The notes below the pieces were generated by a model. The model did no database searches. It was not told the DNA's origin and was given only the letters and a program-made list of their open reading frames with translations. Shown piece after piece: positions 61,385-64,000 of a DNA stretch of 64,000 bases (within the stretch, counting starts at the first letter, position 1; every line of letters starts with the position of its first letter). The position numbers were made by a program, and so were the translations under genes. Source of the stretch: Photobacterium sp. (GTDB taxonomy: Bacteria > Pseudomonadota > Gammaproteobacteria > Enterobacterales > Vibrionaceae); assembly GCF_033720175.1 (NCBI RefSeq), contig NZ_JAWWDA010000018.1, positions 12,556 to 76,555 on the forward strand, read 5' to 3'.

Positions 61385-61677
61385 GTCAAACCGCCGCAGT
61401 AAGCCCGTCAGGCGACGATCTGGTGATCCGCCTGTACATTCAACCGAAAGCCAGCCGCGATCAGATCGTCGGCTTGCATGGTGATGAGCTGAAAATTGCC
61501 ATCACCGCACCTCCGGTAGATGGCAAGGCGAATGCGCATTTGGTTAAGTACTTAGCAAAACAGTTTCGGGTTGCCAAAGGGCACGTCATCGTGGAAAAAG
61601 GCGAACTGGGACGTCACAAGCAGGTTCGTATCGAAACCCCGCGAGAAGTCCCGGCAGCGATCGCAGAGCTATTGTAA
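61381..61677 (+). CDS. yggU: DUF167 family protein YggU
   Basis: 98 aa. [32 protein letters not shown] matches the YggU pattern. Start overlaps the yggT stop. Confidence 0.85.
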   Translation: MSQTAAVSPSGDDLVIRLYIQPKASRDQIVGLHGDELKIAITAPPVDGKANAHLVKYLAKQFRVAKGHVIVEKGELGRHKQVRIETPREVPAAIAELL

Positions 61678-61834
61678 CACCGGCTTTAACGAACGATTGA
61701 ACCGCGTTAATTAAGGGGCGAATTCATAACGATGGATTCGCCGCTATACTAATAGAGGCGCTGATGGAGCCGCTGAAATACCTGCCGGGACAAAATTACC
61801 TCATGATCTGGTAAGTCTAAATAAGGAAAATTTT

Positions 61835-62263
61835 ATGATTCGGATTCTATGTTTATTATCGGCAATACTCTTTACTGCATTACCGGTCCGGGCAGAACAA
61901 TTCATAAATGTCGGAGATCTGGAAATCCATTACTCCAGCTTTCCCTCCACCTTTCTGACGCCTGATGTTGCCAATACCTATCGGATTTCGCGTAGTCGCT
62001 ATTCCGCCGTTGTGAATATCGCCGTACTGGATAAATCACAGGAAGGAAAGCCAGCGGTTAGAGCGGTAGTATCAGGCACAGCCCGCAACCTTCTCGGGAC
62101 CGAAAAGAAACTTTCTTTCCGGGAAATCCGCGAGGGAGAGGCTATTTACTACATTGCAGAGCTAAGCCACACCAACGAAGAACGCTTCAGGTTCATTATT
62201 GATGTGACCCAAAATGGGACTAACGGCCAAATCAATTTCGATCAGACCTTCTACGTCGATTAA
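61835..62263 (+). CDS. secreted DUF4426-like protein
   Basis: Signal peptide (ALPVRA/EQ); 142 aa. The position between yggU and rdgB is where I recall DUF4426 genes in Vibrio/Pseudomonas. The assignment is from memory only. Confidence 0.55.
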   Translation: MIRILCLLSAILFTALPVRAEQFINVGDLEIHYSSFPSTFLTPDVANTYRISRSRYSAVVNIAVLDKSQEGKPAVRAVVSGTARNLLGTEKKLSFREIREGEAIYYIAELSHTNEERFRFIIDVTQNGTNGQINFDQTFYVD

Positions 62264-62303
62264 ATCGCTTTTATCCCCCCAGCCAACATAAGAACAACCA
62301 CCC

Positions 62304-62334
62304 GGGGAGCGCCAGCTCCTCTTCTTTTTCTTTT
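62304..62334 (+). terminator. possible terminator after the DUF4426-like gene
   Basis: Short stem GGAGC/GCTCC (62306-62310 / 62315-62319) followed by the T-rich tract TCTTCTTTTTCTTTT. Confidence 0.4.
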
Positions 62335-62397
62335 ACTCAATAGCGCCTGCCCGTTATCATAGCGCCTCAGCCAGATATCATTCTCCGAGGAACAGTA

Positions 62398-62991
62398 ATG
62401 AGTAAACTAGTGCTAGCAACGGGTAACCAGGGCAAAGTCAAAGAGATGGCCAGCCTGCTTGCTGACTTTGGCTTTGATGTTGTCGCGCAAAGTGACTATC
62501 AGGTTTCTTCCGTCGCTGAAACCGGCACCACGTTTATTGAAAACGCCATCATCAAAGCACGCCATGCCGCCAAGGAAACCGGCCTGCCAGCCATTGCTGA
62601 CGATTCCGGCCTGGAAGTGGATTGCTTAAAAGGGGCACCGGGGATCTACTCTGCTCGCTACGCGGGCGAAAATGCGACCGATCAGCAGAACCTGGCAAAG
62701 CTCCTGGCTGATATGGAAGGTGTACCAGCCGAACAACGTACGGCGCGTTTTCACTGCGTGCTGGTCATGATGCGCCACGAGAACGATCCGACCCCGCTGG
62801 TTTGCCACGGTAGCTGGGAAGGCAGCATTCTGACTGAGGCCCACGGTGAAAATGGCTTTGGTTATGATCCGGTATTCTGGGTTCCGGAAGATCAGTGCGC
62901 TTCTGCAGAGCTGGAGCCGGAACGTAAGAAACAACTGTCACACCGCGGCAAAGCCCTGCAAAAGCTCTTTGCTGCCCTGAAGGACGCCTAA
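62398..62991 (+). CDS. rdgB: dITP/XTP pyrophosphatase RdgB
   Basis: [14 protein letters not shown]-terminus, FGYDPVF and SHRGKA motifs. Confidence 0.93.
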   Translation: MSKLVLATGNQGKVKEMASLLADFGFDVVAQSDYQVSSVAETGTTFIENAIIKARHAAKETGLPAIADDSGLEVDCLKGAPGIYSARYAGENATDQQNLAKLLADMEGVPAEQRTARFHCVLVMMRHENDPTPLVCHGSWEGSILTEAHGENGFGYDPVFWVPEDQCASAELEPERKKQLSHRGKALQKLFAALKDA

Positions 62992-64000
62992 TGTTAGTTC
63001 CACCACCGCTAAGCCTGTATGTTCATATCCCATGGTGTGTGCAGAAATGCCCGTATTGCGACTTTAACTCCCATGCACTTAAAGCCGAGATTCCGGAGCT
63101 TGACTATATCGACGCCCTGATCGACGATCTGGAAATCGATCTGGCGAAATATCAGCTGCAAGGGGGTAGCCGCCCGCTGCACTCAATCTTTATTGGTGGT
63201 GGTACGCCAAGCCTGATTTCACCAGCCGAAATCGGACGATTGCTAAAAGCAATTGAAGCGAGGATCCCGTTTAGCGCTGACATTGAAATCACCATGGAAG
63301 CAAACCCAGGTACGGTTGAAGCCGGCCGTTTCCTCGCTTACCAACAGGTCGGGGTTAATCGTATTTCGATTGGCGTCCAGAGCTTTCAGGATGAGAAGCT
63401 GGCTCGCCTTGGCCGTATTCATGGCAGCGATGAAGCCCGTAAAGCCGCACAACGGGCAACGGAGGCGGGCTTAAACAGTTTTAATATCGATCTGATGCAC
63501 GGCTTGCCGGATCAATCGACGGACGATGCCCTGTATGATCTTAAGCAGGCTATTGCGCTCAACCCACCGCATTTATCCTGGTACCAGCTAACGATAGAGC
63601 CCAACACATTATTCTATTCTAAACCGCCGACATTGCCCGATGACGACAACTTATGGGATATCTTTGAACAGGGCCATCAGATCCTGACAGAGGCCGGATA
63701 TGTCCAGTATGAAATATCCGGTTACAGCAAGCCCGGCTTGCAGTGCCGTCACAACCTCAACTACTGGCGTTTTGGTGATTATCTCGGTATCGGCTGCGGT
63801 GCCCACGGCAAGATCAGCTTTGCCGATGGCAACATTACCCGTACCGTGAAAGTGAAGCACCCGCGTGGCTACCTCAAGTCGGATAAGCCTTACCTGGACA
63901 AAGAAATCCAGGTCGAGCCTCGGGAGCGGCCATTTGAGTTTTTCATGAACCGTTTCCGTCTGTTAGAAGCGTGCCCCAAGCAGGACTATGTCGAGCGAAC
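62991..64000 (+). CDS. hemW: radical SAM heme chaperone HemW (YggW), 3' end outside the window
   Basis: ATG overlaps the rdgB stop (TAATG). My own translation is [29 protein letters not shown]..., with the CxxxCxxC radical SAM motif and IFIGGGTPS. The frame is open to the window edge. Confidence 0.9.
   Translation, partial: MLVPPPLSLYVHIPWCVQKCPYCDFNSHALKAEIPELDYIDALIDDLEIDLAKYQLQGGSRPLHSIFIGGGTPSLISPAEIGRLLKAIEARIPFSADIEITMEANPGTVEAGRFLAYQQVGVNRISIGVQSFQDEKLARLGRIHGSDEARKAAQRATEAGLNSFNIDLMHGLPDQSTDDALYDLKQAIALNPPHLSWYQLTIEPNTLFYSKPPTLPDDDNLWDIFEQGHQILTEAGYVQYEISGYSKPGLQCRHNLNYWRFGDYLGIGCGAHGKISFADGNITRTVKVKHPRGYLKSDKPYLDKEIQVEPRERPFEFFMNRFRLLEACPKQDYVER

Overview
This is a chromosomal, mostly housekeeping segment of a Vibrionaceae-like gammaproteobacterium. 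That assignment is inferred from remembered protein similarity and gene order; no search was run. I can support 66 protein genes (two cut by the window edges), one ncRNA (6S RNA), a set of intrinsic terminators and a few regulatory sites. Gene order follows E. coli/Vibrio synteny blocks: (1) pcm-surE-truD-ispF-ispD-ftsB. (2) eno-pyrG-mazG-relA-rlmD with divergent barA. (3) acpS-pdxJ-recO-era-rnc-lepB-lepA-rseCBA-rpoE with divergent nadB. (4) One MCP. (5) ygfX-sdhE with divergent ygfZ. (6) A variable islet of about 4 kb at 29876-33982, holding a YbaK-like gene, a 4xCxxC zinc-ribbon protein, a LysR regulator, a DUF134/NifX-like/NqrM-like operon and a small basic ORF. (7) gcvH-ubiI-ubiH-ygfB with divergent zapA-ssrS-ygfA. 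(8) rpiA-serA, then yggE and a second YbaK-like gene. (9) mscS-fbaA-pgk-epd-tkt with divergent metK-sprT-endA-rsmE-gshB-yqgE-ruvX. (10) pilU-pilT with divergent yggS-proC-yggT-yggU-DUF4426-rdgB-hemW. I saw no rRNA, tRNA, CRISPR, transposase, integrase, prophage or recognisable defence genes, and I did not find a convincing new multi-gene system. The most unusual signals are mostly non-coding: (a) a dispersed intergenic family built from degenerate heptamers in exact 7-nt phase; (b) one roughly 300-bp composite member of that family, between serA and yggE, which carries a 15.5-copy 8-bp tandem array; (c) a perfect 52-nt palindrome in the rpiA leader; (d) a palindrome- and GATC-dense convergent spacer between ruvX and pilU, with TGTACAGC at exact 100-bp spacing; (e) the uncharacterised DUF134/NifX-like/NqrM-like operon, which lies outside any nqr or nif context.
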